Assembly: GCA_964057225.1 (NCBI GenBank)
Contig: OZ059897.1
Location: forward strand, 13,640,001 to 13,704,000
DNA: 64,000 nucleotides
Direction: 5' to 3'
Source of the DNA: Auanema rhodensis
Taxonomy: Eukaryota; Animalia; Nematoda
The stretch's first letter is position 1; each line of letters begins with the position of its first letter. The position numbers and the translations under genes were made by a program. Below, piece by piece: positions 17,101 to 31,800 of this stretch. The notes beneath the pieces are model-generated. The model saw nothing but the letters and a program-made list of their open reading frames with translations, had not been told where the DNA came from and searched no databases.

Positions 17101-20100
17101 GCCAATCATTACGATTATTCCATTATCTATTAATAACTCATCAAACAATCCCCCGGATTACTCTCTATCTCCCTTTCTTCAAGATCAGTCATCGTAAGTT
17201 AAGCGATATGTAGAAAAAATAAGGAATGTTTATGAAAAATTAAAGAAGAAGTCTGAGCACTCATATTATTAGCTTTGTCTTCTTATAATGAAAAATAAAT
17301 AATATATAATATCAAGATAAGACTGTTGGAAAGGTGATAAGTTTCCTTCATTAATTGTGATTGCTCATTCTCACATGGCTTTGAAATTCTTTTTTTTCTG
17401 CTATAACATGAAGAATATACTTTGATACTGATATTGATATTAAGAAATCAATTTCATTCTCAGCGGAAGTGTTAAATATTATTTTGAATTCACGTCTTTT
17501 TAAGTACAAACTTTGCAGTCTTTATCAGATCAAAAGAAATGTTCATTGAGTGTAATTTTAAAATTTAAATGTTGTTTAAAATATAATTTTCGATATTAAC
17601 CAAATAATAAAAAATCATTGATTATATCGATTTTATTATAGTTTGATTATATAACTTTTGGTAAGTTTCAACACGTTTTCTTCAAATAACCAGTGAGTTT
17701 CTGCTAAACTTGTATAATATTATATAACTTAAACAGTTCGTAAATATTTCAATACACTTATTTTATTATTTGCATCATTTATGGTTATATTTATAGTTTA
17801 TATCAGTTCATCATATCATATTATTTACTCTCCCACGCTTGAATAGTAACTATTATCTTATTGACCTGTCAAGTGGTCGATTTATAGTGTTTCTAATATT
17901 TGAAACATTCGCCATATTTTTATAATTTTATTGAATAAAATTGAAAGATTTAATTCCTTTTGTTCCAAGCATCTGTTTGTTTTTTGTCTTCATAATGGCT
18001 TCTTCTTTTTCAGTCAAGCCTTCCATTTTTCAATGCATTTGAACCACTTAACACGAGACTAATCTCTCTTGCCATATTATTCAAACTTTCTAAATACGCT
18101 TTTTGAAATTCAACAAGTCACGAGAAATCTTCTCGGTTATTCATTCTTTCGTTTGTCTTTTCCTGTTTCATTCGCTTTCTCCTTTGTCAGTTCGGATTTC
18201 CACAGATGGCCATCAGGCTTTCGAACCCAGCTGCCACCTGCGTCTTCTCTCGTCAGTTTAAACGCTAAATTTGACCTTTCTTGAATTCTCGTTTTCATTA
18301 TTTATTCTACCTATACCCGCGAATTCTGAATGTTTCTGTATCAGCGTCTTCTTCTCAATTGTCTATTTAATTATTTTGGAAATGGTGCAATCCCTCCAAG
18401 CACAACGACTTCTAAACTAGAAAGCCCCCAGTATTAATTCGTTTGCCATTTATTAGCTCAGTTCACTTTTTACTTCTCCAAGTAAACCCAGCATTATGGT
18501 TCTTTCAAACCTCAGAGAAGCTTCTGAATACTCTCTCTTTGATTGAGCGCTAACTAATCCCTTGGAAATGAGAAGCAGTCATCACCATCTGGAGCTTGTT
18601 TTTGCCATTATTGGTAGTTGGAAATAGAAAATGAACATCCTTTGCTTCTTCCTCTCGCTATTTTCCTTTTTTCTTTCTCTTGCTTCTCATCCTCTCATCA
18701 TTTGATTGAAACCTCATGCTTTTTGCGCCTGTCATCTATTCTCTATCTCATTTCGGTTCTCTTTCTTCCACTTTAGTCTTACCCCCATCCATTCCGTTTG
18801 ACCAACACCAGAAGGCATTTTGTCATAAGCTTTATGCCGTATGGCTTGAATCATGCTTTTCCTCAGCTCATCATCTCAACTGACCGCCTTTTCTCGCTTA
18901 AGGATCTAACTCGTCAATTATCAAACGGCTCTTGTGGGAAACAAATGGTTATGTAGCTTTGGAAATCTTTATGCTTAAATTCTTTCAACACTCCTCGTCT
19001 GATACATCTCCTGCTCGATTCATCATCATCATATAGCCTTCTTGGAAGCAAGTGATTGGCCTCTTCATCAGTTCTGCACAGCTCAATTATTCACATTCTT
19101 CCAAATACTCAAATTCCAATATCTAACGGATTTTACCTCTTAGCCACAATATATTGCATTGACCTACGTGCTTATTGCGTTGAGTTGTGATTAAGGTTAT
19201 AAACCTTTAATCCTCCTCTTTTAGTCAACTTTCTGTTCAAATTTTCAGTTGCTGCAGACGACACATGCGACCTCTTCTTCATCTGTCAAGTTGGCGTAAA
19301 TTCTCATACAAACCAGCCTACAGCATCATTCGTTTGTTGTTTTAGGCTTCTGCGTATTGTTCTATCTATTTATTCCCCAATCACTCATTCAATCAACATA
19401 AAGACCGTTTTTGCATTTTCCAACCTCTTGAACAATCCCTGGCTATTGTGAGACCAATGATATCTACTGCCCCCAACATTAGGACCAATACTTTTATCAT
19501 CTCATCAAGAAAACTATTATATAACTATATCATATGATCTTTTTGTCTCTAATCAAAATACATTACCTCATCAGTTTGCTATCTAAATATTATTTTCTAT
19601 TAGTCATCTCTACAGGTTATCCGAATCTGAAGGTCCTTTCCATCATCTATCTTGTTCTATCTCCCCTTCATGGAATAATAATCGGATTTCCGTATGTCAA
19701 TATCGTTTCGATTATATGTATGTTATCGTATCCATACGGAGAAAACTTGTATCTGTCTGAGAATACGTTAACTTCCATTCTTCGAAATACGGCGAGGTTC
19801 ATCCAATATCCTTTCTTTTGAATACCTTTATGGCAATCGCAACTTTCACCCATTTGCACTGTTCTATTATATATATTCCATTTGCTATTACTTTCTCTTT
19901 TTGCTTTCGTAGTTGAATATTGCTAATCTACCGTAATCTCTATGTTTGTGAATCTATGATGGATTGCTCCGGTCAAGGAAATAGACTGGATTCGGGTCCT
20001 AGATGGGTGCCAGACTTACTGCAGTAGACCTCCAACCAGTCTATACTGCACATAATCCTTGGGTCCCGGAGTTAATGGCCAAAACTAACATTACGTCCAG

Positions 20101-23100
20101 ATAGGATCAAGAGGTCACGACAGATTGGCCTAAACCTTCTTCCCCAACCCTGCTCCGCTTACCCCTCATCGCTCATCTATCACTAGATTTGTGGCAAAAC
20201 TAAGACGACCTCGACCACCTATGGCAAATTTTCTCCAAGCAAACAAGATTTAACACTTCTGTTACTTTCCTTCTGGGCTTCTACACCTTGCTACATGTTA
20301 TCTTGTTCCATCTTTTTTGTTAGTTCTATGGATGAAGCCCTGAGTCTCTATGAGCAGTTTCTCGTTTTCTTTTTTCCATGGAAGCTTATAAGAATGATGT
20401 GCTATTGATATGTGGATCTTCAAAGCGAACCAGTTAACAAATCGTCAGTACTTCGTCTTCGTAACCATTGTTCACACTTTCTTTCATCACGCTGAGGCTA
20501 AAGTCTTTCGGCATTGCGCTTGTCCTGACAATAAGAAGCCTTGCTTATTTCATACTTCTATCGACATATATGTATATACTATATCTCATAACTCTCTTTC
20601 AATCTCTTCGTTTTACTCTTTCTTTTCCGTTCTCTCACACTCACCCATCGTTCTCCCACATTTTCCATATTCATATAATATTTCAATATTCTTACTTGTT
20701 CTTTAGTGATGGAAAGAACGGGTGAAGATAGAATTAAGACGACCAATGTCTAGATGGACATACTATTCCCTTGGCGAATCAGTCCAACTGTTTTGCATAT
20801 TTTCTTTTTCAACGAACAAATTCTGTTTTCTAGTTTCTTAAACATCTTTTCGTTTCCAATTTTCTTTCCTTCCTGTGTTCTCTAGGCTCTCATTCATTAG
20901 TTTTGGCCTGAACACTGCTCAGAAATTCTCTATTTCCCAAACACTGGACACATAGGAAAAAGAATGAGCAGGCAATTTTCATTATTTTCAACCCCGATTA
21001 AACTGCCGTGGTCAGTCATATTGAAAGCTTACGTCCAAATTTCATTTCTCATTTGCTTTTCATATATATGTAAGTATATTTAATTCGAAATTGACAGAAT
21101 CGTTCACAATGTGTCGCTTCTCTACTTATTTTCTTTTCTTTAATTTGATCTATAAACATCTAAGTTTAAAAAAATAAATATATAAAGTAGAATTGAATAT
21201 TGTGCAATCTTCTATTACTCCTAATCTATAAACCTAAAGCGCAGATAATTAATCTTCTAGATCAATATAGAGAATTGTTTATCACTTCACTTAAAAACTA
21301 CTATTTTCTAATAACTTCTATTGAGTATGATTTCTTCTTCTTTTTTTTTATTCTCACTTTTTTTTGCAAATAATAGCTCATGAACTAGTCTTTCTCGTGT
21401 GAAGATACGAATTTTTGTTTAAGCTTGCTAAAAGAAATTTTTTTAAAAAAGAAATGCAAAACTGAGAAGCTTGTCGGCGTCATCAACACCATCTGTACTG
21501 TATTCTTTTTGCTTCACAACCTCTGTCCAGTCATTGTAGTAGTCCTGCCTGTAAAACAAGCACTGTGAATGGAACTGAGGTGGTAAGAGAAGAAAAGAAG
21601 GATATATTGACAGTGGATAGTTTGCACAACTGAGGCAAGAGAAGACGCACTGTCTTCTGAACTGAAGCCGAAGAAGAGACGTCGCCCTTCCTTTATAAGT
21701 GAAATAGCGAACAGAATTGAGAGATATTAAGCAAGAAGATTGAAAAGGATTGTTCCGATCGGCACAATGATGACATAACGGAGAATCAAAAGCTCGTGCT
21801 GCATACCGTCGTCCACACCAAATTGCTATAGGAGTTCAGAAGACAGAAGCATGCAACAATAAGAATAAGAATTAAACGGGAAAGAGATTGAGGAAAAGAG
21901 AGATTGTTAGAGAAAGAGGTAAAGCAGAAGGAAGAAGAAGATACTCCTTTCTGAGGAAAGAGATGGACTAAAGTCGCGAAATTCATAATGTGCTACGATA
22001 CAAAGCACGTTATACCACTGTCTAGGCCAATCTGTTCTTTCTTGACTTCTCTCTTTCGTTTTATTTCTCACATACTTTTTCTCACCGTTGTCGCAAAATT
22101 TACTATAACACATCTGTCTATCATATATTTCGATTTACAGTACTTTTTCCGTCTGTCTCTTCATGTATTAGGTCAACCACTATGTATACTTCTATACATA
22201 TATTCATTTGTCTGTCTCCTAATAACAATCTGCAAGCACACTATATATGAGTTTGTTAGAATATGTATAATATGCTGAAAAAAATTAAATTTATAATGAT
22301 CTATTTTTCAAAATGTAAACATACTTTCTGATTCAAAATCATATATTTTAAAGAATAATGTTAAAAAGAAAACCATTCTTACTATTACTTAGTATTTCAT
22401 ATTAAAACATGAAATATGTTTCGTTTATCTGTTACTTTCCACTCATCTAATGATGTCTTCTATGAGGTTCCACTTGCTTTTGTATTTGTATTCCTAAAAA
22501 CCGACCTAGTGTAGTACTTCTAATTCTTAAGTTCAGCTCAACCTCACAGCATTTGCTTCTTACTTTCTTTATTAAAGTCTATTCTTTAATGCTAGTTTCT
22601 AAGTGATTACTTTCCCTTTCGTTTTCTCGATATTTCACCAAAAATGAACATCAGATTGCAAAACGTTTGACTCTTACCCTCCAGCTGCTGCGTCTTGATC
22701 GTCCCAACCAGAGATATCTTGTTTCTGAACTAATGGATGACGTGAGAGCTAGCACATATACATACATATAATAACAATATACGATCCTTTTCATTGATTT
22801 CATGTTTGGTTAAAGGAATAAAAGCTGTTAACATTAATATATCTGGACGCATTTATGTACTTTTAGTCATTCTAATAGGCTGGCGCCCTCTCTTTTCCTC
22901 TTCTTTATTAAGTTATTTAAATGCTTTTTCTATTGACAGTCTCAAACTGGATCTAGACAAGATGATGAAGAAAATAATAATACTTTTTATTATTATTATT
23001 ATCGTAACTATTATTTCTATTATTTTTTGTTTATTTAAATGTTTTTCATTGTGCCATCTTAAACGTGAAATTTTACGTGTAAGTATTATTCCAAAACTAT

Positions 23101-26100
23101 ATTTCATCATGTTTACGGCAGCAGTTTCTTCAAACGGTTGCTCTCTTTATTTTTTCATTATTTTCTCTAATTTTTGTTTTTCAATCAATTTTTCCACAAA
23201 ATGCTCTGATTAATATATTTTTTTGTGTAAAGTATATATCTTTTCTATATCATTCAAATTTAGTATTGTAATCATTTATTGATTTATAAAATTGTACTTA
23301 GACATATTCGTCTATTGGGTTTGGCCTTCTGTCGGCAAAACGCCGCAGAAGACAAAGACCCTGTTATCAGCTGGTCATTAGATGACCATTCCTCTTTCTA
23401 TTTCTTATTCTCTATCTCGGCTGGCTGAAACAACTTGTCATGTAATTTCATTTCACAATGACCTTTTCAACACTATAACACTATATTAGGAATCATTAAT
23501 TAATTTGTATTAATTGTTCAACAGCTTTCTATCCATCTTCGAGCTTGATCCTCAAGCGACCGAACAGCTTGCTCTTTAATCACAATTAGCTAATATGTAA
23601 TCTTTCTCATGGGAGGTTTTAGCTGATGATCATATTAGTTTGGCGGTCAACTTCCCGCCACTTCTGCCAACTGAAGAAAACTGTTTGCAACGCTTTAAGG
23701 ACATTGTTAGTACTTTCATTAGATATTAACCATGAGCCTTGAAAGAAAAGAAGATTTCTTAGAGCAGCAGACACTGTCCTGATCTTTCTCTTTCATTATG
23801 GAATGTATGATGCTCAAAAGGATTTCTTTTTTTTATTTTATTTTTTTACCTGCGTCATCAAACATTGTTATTGAAATAGATTCAGATGTCAATGTAACCT
23901 TGTATTTCTTGTTCATATTTCGAACATCTGGCTCCTTATTTGGTAACAGCTCTCTTTTAGGTACATTTTCCGACGTAACAGGTTAACAGAATCTGAGGTC
24001 TTTCATGAGGTCCTGGCAATAATGACGGCTGGCAGATACAAATATAAGATATATTTATACCTTTCTGAACAATCAGCTGCATGCATTCATTATCTGTCTC
24101 GCAGCCAGATCTGAATTGTCGCTCTTCCATCATCGACTATCATCGTCAGATGCTACATATTGAGTCATTTGAAGCAACAGCATAAATGACGGAGAAAAGA
24201 AAAACCATTTGACATTCTCTCCTCATTCTCACTTCGTAATCCAGTCGCCAACTGTATTTAGCCACTTGATAGTTCATGATTACACCCTCATTCACGCTTG
24301 ATTAATCAACACCATGCTGTCTAAATCAGGTGTCAATTTGTCATAGTAGTCGACTTCCTCAAGCTTTCTCTGTTGATTTGGTCTAACAACAGATATTTTC
24401 TCAGCCCATTCGATAGACAACATGCATTTACATAAATGTATATTCTGTATGATCAAAAGGAATTCCATTTCTTATACTATAAAGAGGACAAATACTATTG
24501 ATAATTAAAAAACTTATATTCCTTCTGTTCATTTTCTGTACAACTACTTTCTCTTCTTCATTCTATTCTTTTCTTCATTTTTTAAACATCTTTTTTTCCT
24601 ACCTTCTTCTATCTTCCTTTGCCTACATACACACACAAAAGAAAGACATACGAAGCCAACAAATGACTAATCCAAGCGTACACGCTCAGACTGCGTCACC
24701 TTTTGCGGATCTATAGCTTGAGTCTTTCAAATATTCCCCACAAACTTACTACTTTCTAACTCACTGGTTTTACTTTGCTTTTTTGATCCAGCTTGCTACT
24801 GGCACTTTATGATCTTTTCAGTTTCTATCTTCTAAGTGACAGAAACTAATTCTACATGCTTTTCAATGTCTTGAAAAGATTTTTACCACAATTCAATTGA
24901 CTAGATGCATCTCTATAAGACGTTTTGCCTTACGATCTGCGAGTGACTTTCGTAATGCAATATCATAATTTCGAGCATTTGATACACTCCATATCGAAAT
25001 CTCTCTTTACTCTTCGACTCACTTGCCCTCCCTCTCATCCTCTTCATCGGATGTAAGGCACTTAAGAGAAAGAGACAGAAGAGCAGAAGCTTCCATTTAT
25101 ATCCCTCGCATGAGTGCTGAAACATTGGATTGAATTTGTGCCAATTACATTGCTCTGCTTCTCTTGTCACTTCTTGTTCGGCTTCATCTTCGTTGTTGCT
25201 TCTGGCCTTTACTCATCGTTATCGTGCCTGTCTTCATCGTCATCACAACTCGTTCAAAGGCTCTGTTTCCGGCGGAGCAAATCACCAAAAAAATGGCCAA
25301 AATCTGATGCATAATTTATCATTTCATTACATTTTGATCGAATCCAAATAGCATACGTTCCTTTCTGGGCTTTTCCTTTATGAATCAGAGCTTTGGTATT
25401 GTGGTTTTACACACTCTTTTCAGCTAACGACTCCAAACCTTATAATTTGTAATTGCTAGTCAAACATTGCTATCTCTGTTCATCACTTAGCTCACACAAA
25501 CATAGCGCAACCATTATAATCTACACTCGCTGTAGAACTTTCAGTATCTCTCTTTCTCTCATTTGTTCTCTATCTTTCCAAGTCTTTACTTATTCTCTCA
25601 GTTTCTCCTTTATGCTTCATATCTCCCCTTTTACCTTGTATTTCATTTGCCCTTCTATAAGCTAACAACACAATGAGCATCACCGCTGTTGTCGTCATCG
25701 TACTCATTACCCGGTAGCTCATCATATTATGTACAATTTATATTATTAGCTGCTATAATCTCGGTTTTTTCCTTTTTCTGTCTATCTTTTTCTCTGCTCT
25801 CATCCACTTCTTTAGTCGAAGTTCTATTTTTCTTTTTATTGCCTCCTTCGTTTGGTCTCACGGAATACATTATTCAGAGCGTAAATGGCTTTAGTTTTTG
25901 CCTTCGGAATACTTCGAATATCCAAACTACCCAAAACAATACATCAAAAGCTGCTTTAGGTGAAACAAAGTACTCTATTCCTACAATTTAGCTTTGTTTT
26001 CTTTTTTTCCTTTTTAGCAATTGGTCAAATTTTATCCAAAGTGTTGCTTATTGAAGCACGTATATCTTTTTCTCTTTCGTTAGCATTTTCCTGCTGAATC

Positions 26101-28816
26101 ATCAGAGTTTTCCTCAGCTACTTATACGCTAACTCAACCTTTGATTATGCTTGATTTCTCCTACTAAAATATGCGCTGCGTAGTTTTGATTTTAGAGTAA
26201 TATATCATTATCATTCTACTTATTACTTCTTTTTCTCTGATTCTTTCTTCCACACACTCCGTCTCGGATGCGTGATACTTAAAACAAACCACATAGATTT
26301 CTTCAGCCTACAATTGACATCTGTTTCCTTTTTTGTCATCTGGGAGTCTAGGTAACAAATCGGAAAATTATATTTAACTAACGGCTGGTTGACTATGGCT
26401 AACGAAATAAGAAAAATCTATGAATTATTCAGCTGAGTTGCTTACTGCAAAATAACTTTTCAATCTTTCCATCTATTACGATTATTGTTTTCTTGAAATC
26501 ACAACTTCTTTCACTACTTACCCAAGACTTATACTTCTTTTCTTATTTTCCGACAAACATCAAGAAGGCGAAAAAAAATTTAATATTATAGCATTATTAA
26601 AGGAATCTTCTCATGTGATATTTTGCTTATTTGTGGCCATCTTAGGCAACTGAAGTCTTTCTTTTTGTCTCTGCTGTGCAACAAATAGAATGGAGCAAAA
26701 GGCTTCAACCCGATTAACTCTCTGGACATCAGAAGCGGAAGAATTCGAAGGTCCATCACGGCAGTATTAGTCACGTCGTCATCCAACACCAGTTCAAAGA
26801 CAAATGTTTCAAATTGAATTGGCTCTCCCTTCTTTTCTCCTTTCTCTCTATCTGTCTATCTCTCTCTTTACCCAGAGGATGTTGTGAAAGCTATCAGCTA
26901 CTTTTCTGGCCTCTGGGCGAGAATGACAAATCCACTTTGCAATTGTTTCTTCTCTGCCAAATACCCCTTTACTCTCATTCGCGCTACTCTTTTCTATCCA
27001 CTTATGTTTTTACTTTTATCTGAAATATAATTTGTAAAGCTGTAGGAGCGCGATAGAGTAGTGTTCCAATAATCACTTAATTGTGCCAAATTCAATAGTA
27101 GGCCGAACTAGTCAAGGCATGTACATAAATACATAGCTCCGACTTTTACTATTCCTGCTCAAGTCCGAATCTCCGTCATTGCGTTTTTTTGTCCGTTTAC
27201 TTTCTCTTGAAAGTTGAAGGCTTTCTTTTTCATTTTCTCGTTATTACTTTTTATTTAGTGAAATATTACATATTTTAAACTCCCATTAAACATAAAGTAT
27301 CTCTAAATCAGTATAAAATCTGAAAATTTTTGATACAAGTCTATGAAAATGTTTGATTAGAAGTAGTTTTTGCCCAAGGGATCATCTGCAACGCAAATGT
27401 CAGATCTTGAAAACGATACATTCCATATCTGACATGTTGTCACACATACCTTCTAACAAAGATGAGATGACACCCTTGTTTAAAAACTCAGTACGTGCAC
27501 TCCGTTTAGATGAAAGTCACAATTAGTCACGACGAGAAAATCGTTTTCTAGCCAAACAAAATGTTTACAACCGAAGTCAATGCTTTTTGAAATACATATA
27601 AAAATGTTTTCTCTAAATTTGATATTTTTATTTACATAAAGTAAAATGTTTTCTATTTTCTAATTAACCTGAGATAAAAATAATTTTTTGACATTATTTT
27701 ACATTTTTCTTGCTGTTTGTCAGAATTATTTTATTCTAATTTTTTACTTGAACAGGGAAATTGAGTACTATTGCATGCCATTTAACTGTTACATTTTTAT
27801 TTCGTACAAACAGTAAACGAATGGTTGGATTTGACTTTATTATCCCATATGGTCAATCCTTTCCTGTTGTTGTATACGTCATGTAAATGTCAGCTTTAAT
27901 CTCTTATTAATAATATGATTATAACTATATTATTTATTAACCCTAATTTTTCAAGATTAACCGGATTGCTAATTTTAACTCTTCTGATCCAGAAATAGTT
28001 TTATGGCTCTCTGTTCATGATATTTCCGTAATAGATTTACGACCCGTTCAGGCATGCCCTCTGAACACCTTGGGATTGTAAATTTCTATTTATTACGAAA
28101 AAACTTTCCTTGGGTCACCGAGCTTTCATGCAATGATTTAGCTTCATTCTATTGGGTTATAAAGAGCATATTGTATATTCTCTAAGCATCCAACATTACA
28201 ACGGTCAGTTAAGCTTTTGCATTTTAATGTCTCTTATTTGACCACTAGCAATTCCTTAAATAATTCATCTAATAGCTCTACGTTCGATGAGAATTCTCTC
28301 ACGCATACCTATTCCAATTCCTTCCGTTCCATCTTTTATAATTGCACTTATTTCTTATAATGCATTCATTCCGTTTGAGCTCTATGTTTCAGAGTAACTT
28401 TTAATAACGCTTTTCAATTTTTTTGGCAGACATTTATTTTAGATTTTTTAATCATTTAGTCTTATTTCATTTTTATTATGTTATTTTTGAAAAATAGTAT
28501 TATTTTTCAATATTATTGTTATTATTATTCATATATAAGAAATAGCCCATTTATTTTCTATTATCTCTTGGTTTTCTGTATGGGCGGGGTTTTGTGGTTG
28601 GGGGTAGTCGCAACGACCTCTTCATGCCCCGCCCTACCCTTCCCTTTTGACATGGTTGCCCGAGCTCTGTACACCCTTTTGCCTTTCGTATTTTCCGTAT
28701 TTCTTTGTTCATTATTTGTTTTTATAACTTCAAAGTACTTTTTTCAGGCTTTTGCTCGTAGATTTTCTTATTCGCATTCAAAGTCTGAAGTAATGCTATT
28801 TGTCTAAAGCTTAGAA

Positions 28817-31800
28817 ATGACTAGATATTCATACTACTTAAGTATTATTCTATTTCTTGGAGCTACTATTGCTCACTCGCATGGATATGGAAAGAGTAAG
28901 TCTTTTAAATATTTTTTCTTTTCTTGATTCGAATATAATTATATTCCATTTCCTCTCAATATTTCTCAGAAATCACTGTTATTTCTCAATTTGCTGTACT
29001 TGACACCAGCTACTAGTATTTTTAAGCTATGCCGCTGTGTGGCGCAACAGTCTTATGTAACAAATACTCATTCAAGCATACATTTTGTTTACTTAATTTT
29101 CATAACTTAGTTTTCTTCCTTGAATATTAGTTAGTATGTGCTGGCCATACATATACGTCAGGGTTATATTTAACTATGCACAATCCCTGTGTTACTTTTT
29201 TTTTGAAATATCCTTCCCAATGGCTAATACGAATATATTGTTGCTTAAACATTGAAATTATTTAACATTTCTTACTGATGGTTACTCCGGAAATTGGGTC
29301 TTCTTTTAGTTCTCTTTTATTTGCAACTGACCAAATAAGGGTCATGGATCGTTTCTTAATGAAAAATCTCTTCCCACTGATGAGAATGTACTACCCATTT
29401 GCGTTTAGATTGGTTTTCGCACGCAGCTTAGATTAGTATAAAAATTTTAAACATTTCTGTAGTTTTGATCACGTAAGAAACATCGATTATCGGTTATTAA
29501 CTGCTTTCGACAAATTTTTCACCTGGCAGTATTGCCTGAGTGCATATGTATGGAAGATAATCATGCACCTGTCTGGTTATTAACTGATCAACTGTAGGAA
29601 TTAATGATGGTTATTCAGCATACTTAGGATGAGCATAATTATCCATGAAATGTGCGTATATATACTATCGCAATACTAAGCGTATTCATTGTTTCTGGAG
29701 GTCATTCCTTGTTTCTGCTAGATTGCTTTCAGTAATAACATGGTTTCTGTTACCGGAAATATGTTCTGCCTGGTTTGTGTTGTTATTCTTACAAACAGCT
29801 CTTATGGCTAGTGCAATCTACTATATTATGATACTTCTGACGGTTTCTCCAATTTAGTAAAGAGCTAGGTTCTGATTAGTATGGCGCAAGGGGTACTTAT
29901 TTTTCTGCTTCTGTTTCCGTTACTACATGTAATAGTACTTGCTAAGTGTATTAAGAACCATTCTCTTAACCTTTTTATGAGAATACACATATGTTAAAGA
30001 TTTCGGGTAATCATCACCTTTGTCGTTTGATTATGATATATTTCGCAATTATATATTACATGTTCTTGAAAATTTATAGCCCCAAGAAAAAAGCGTGCGC
30101 TGGTAGTTTCTTTCTTACCGATAAAGAAGGTCACACACAGCGGTCGATTTATGATTCAGATGATGTGTCAAGCCAGTGCTAAAGATAGTGGATTGCGTAT
30201 GCAAATCTTTCCGAGATTGTCATCGTTTGATGCGCGAAAAGCGGTAGACGAAAAGGAAAGATGTAACGATAAGGTATTGCATACGATAACTGACACATTA
30301 TCCAACAAGCGGAAATAAATGAGGAAAGTAAACCGACTAAGCCTTGGGTATCGATGCTTCACGCCAATTAGCGAAAATCCTTTTAACTGAACCGTTTTGC
30401 CTCTGGACGTTCATATCCTGCTGACATCTCACATCGCTGGCACATGCTTGCCATCGGCAGAATATCCATGTCGTTTTAGCGGATAATGTGCTATTCATCT
30501 TGCGAATGTCGGATTGATGAAGGTGGCTTTATTGCTAATTAAAGCATTTGTGTTCATATCGATGTGTGGATGGCACCCTGAGCCATGTCCTTAAGTAATC
30601 GTTGAATCGTCTCTAATATACTTGGAAATCGGATTCTACATTGTATTCTTCACCAAGCAATGATCCACTTAGTGAGTATTGATTGTCATCAGGTCGTTGT
30701 TAGGCTTGGATATGCTATAATTTTCACTTTTGTCAACTAGACGGTTCAAAATCACAATAATTATCTCGTCTTCGTGAACAAAAGTTTTGTGGCATCGGTG
30801 ACTTGAAAGCTCAGCGGGTGTTTGACGAAAGGATTAGTTGTAGTTTTGCCTGTTCGGCAGTCTCTTTCCGTTCAACTATAAGCATATGGCTCTTGCCACA
30901 TCATACAAACCGAGAGTAGTTAGTAAATAATCATCTGGGATCATATCTATATGACTGAGTACTTGACTTTTTTTTATTAATTACCAGCGGATTGGTGCAG
31001 CTTTCGTGTATATAAGATTAGTTTGACACTGTTGCGAACATTGTTCTTGTGGAAAGGTCAGTTGGCATCGGTAAGGGGATATGACAAAGAAAAGTGTAGC
31101 ACTTTCGATAGTGTTTCAAGTTTTGTTTTCTATTTACCATTGGTGTTCTTATATCGAAGCCAGTAACACTTGTCAGTACAAGCTTGTCATTGACACTCGA
31201 ACATCCAAATAGGCTGCCAATTTTACTTTGGCATAATTGGTAAATGTGAACACTAAGTGCGTCAGTAACGGGGTTCCTCTACTGCCTGAGAGCTTTGTCG
31301 ACATAATGATTTCCTTTTCCCTTTCTCACTTTAGTCATATCCAAATTAGCTTTCTACCGTTGAATATTGCAATTCAAGGGTATGTTGTCTTTTCTGGTTT
31401 AAGAGCAACCTGATTATTTTTGCGTGTTGATGAGTAGCACATCGAATATTGCTAAGTGGTTGCATTATTTACGTAAGGTTATGCTTTTGGCTGGAAAAGG
31501 AAGACGATACGCCACGCGGGTGGCCATATAGGCAAACAGAAGCCGGTGGTCAACAACCCAAAATGGGACAAGAAATCATATGAATAGAAGTAAAGGTCAA
31601 ATTTTTACAATTTGTATAATTTCAGAATTCAATAGTCATGCATGCGAAGGACAGGAAGCGTATCTGCAATGCCCTCCGGGACAGGTTATCAAAATTGAAT
31701 TAGCCAATTATGGCCGCTTTTCACTTAAAGTAAGAATTTCATCAGTAAAGAAAAAAAACATTTTCTGTTTAGGTGTGTATCGATCCTTCTGCAGTAGAAG

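Noticed and set aside
21576-21597. let-7-like word TGAGGTGGTAAG
   Set aside because: Seed mismatch relative to TGAGGTAG and no complementary arm to form a precursor hairpin.
24899-24920. mir-279/44-family seed TGACTAGA
   Set aside because: No upstream star arm; expected by chance.
14325-28807. Many 60-140 aa F/L/S/I-rich ORFs in the ORF track
   Set aside because: Compositional artefacts of CT/AT-rich non-coding DNA; no motifs or consistent splice phases.
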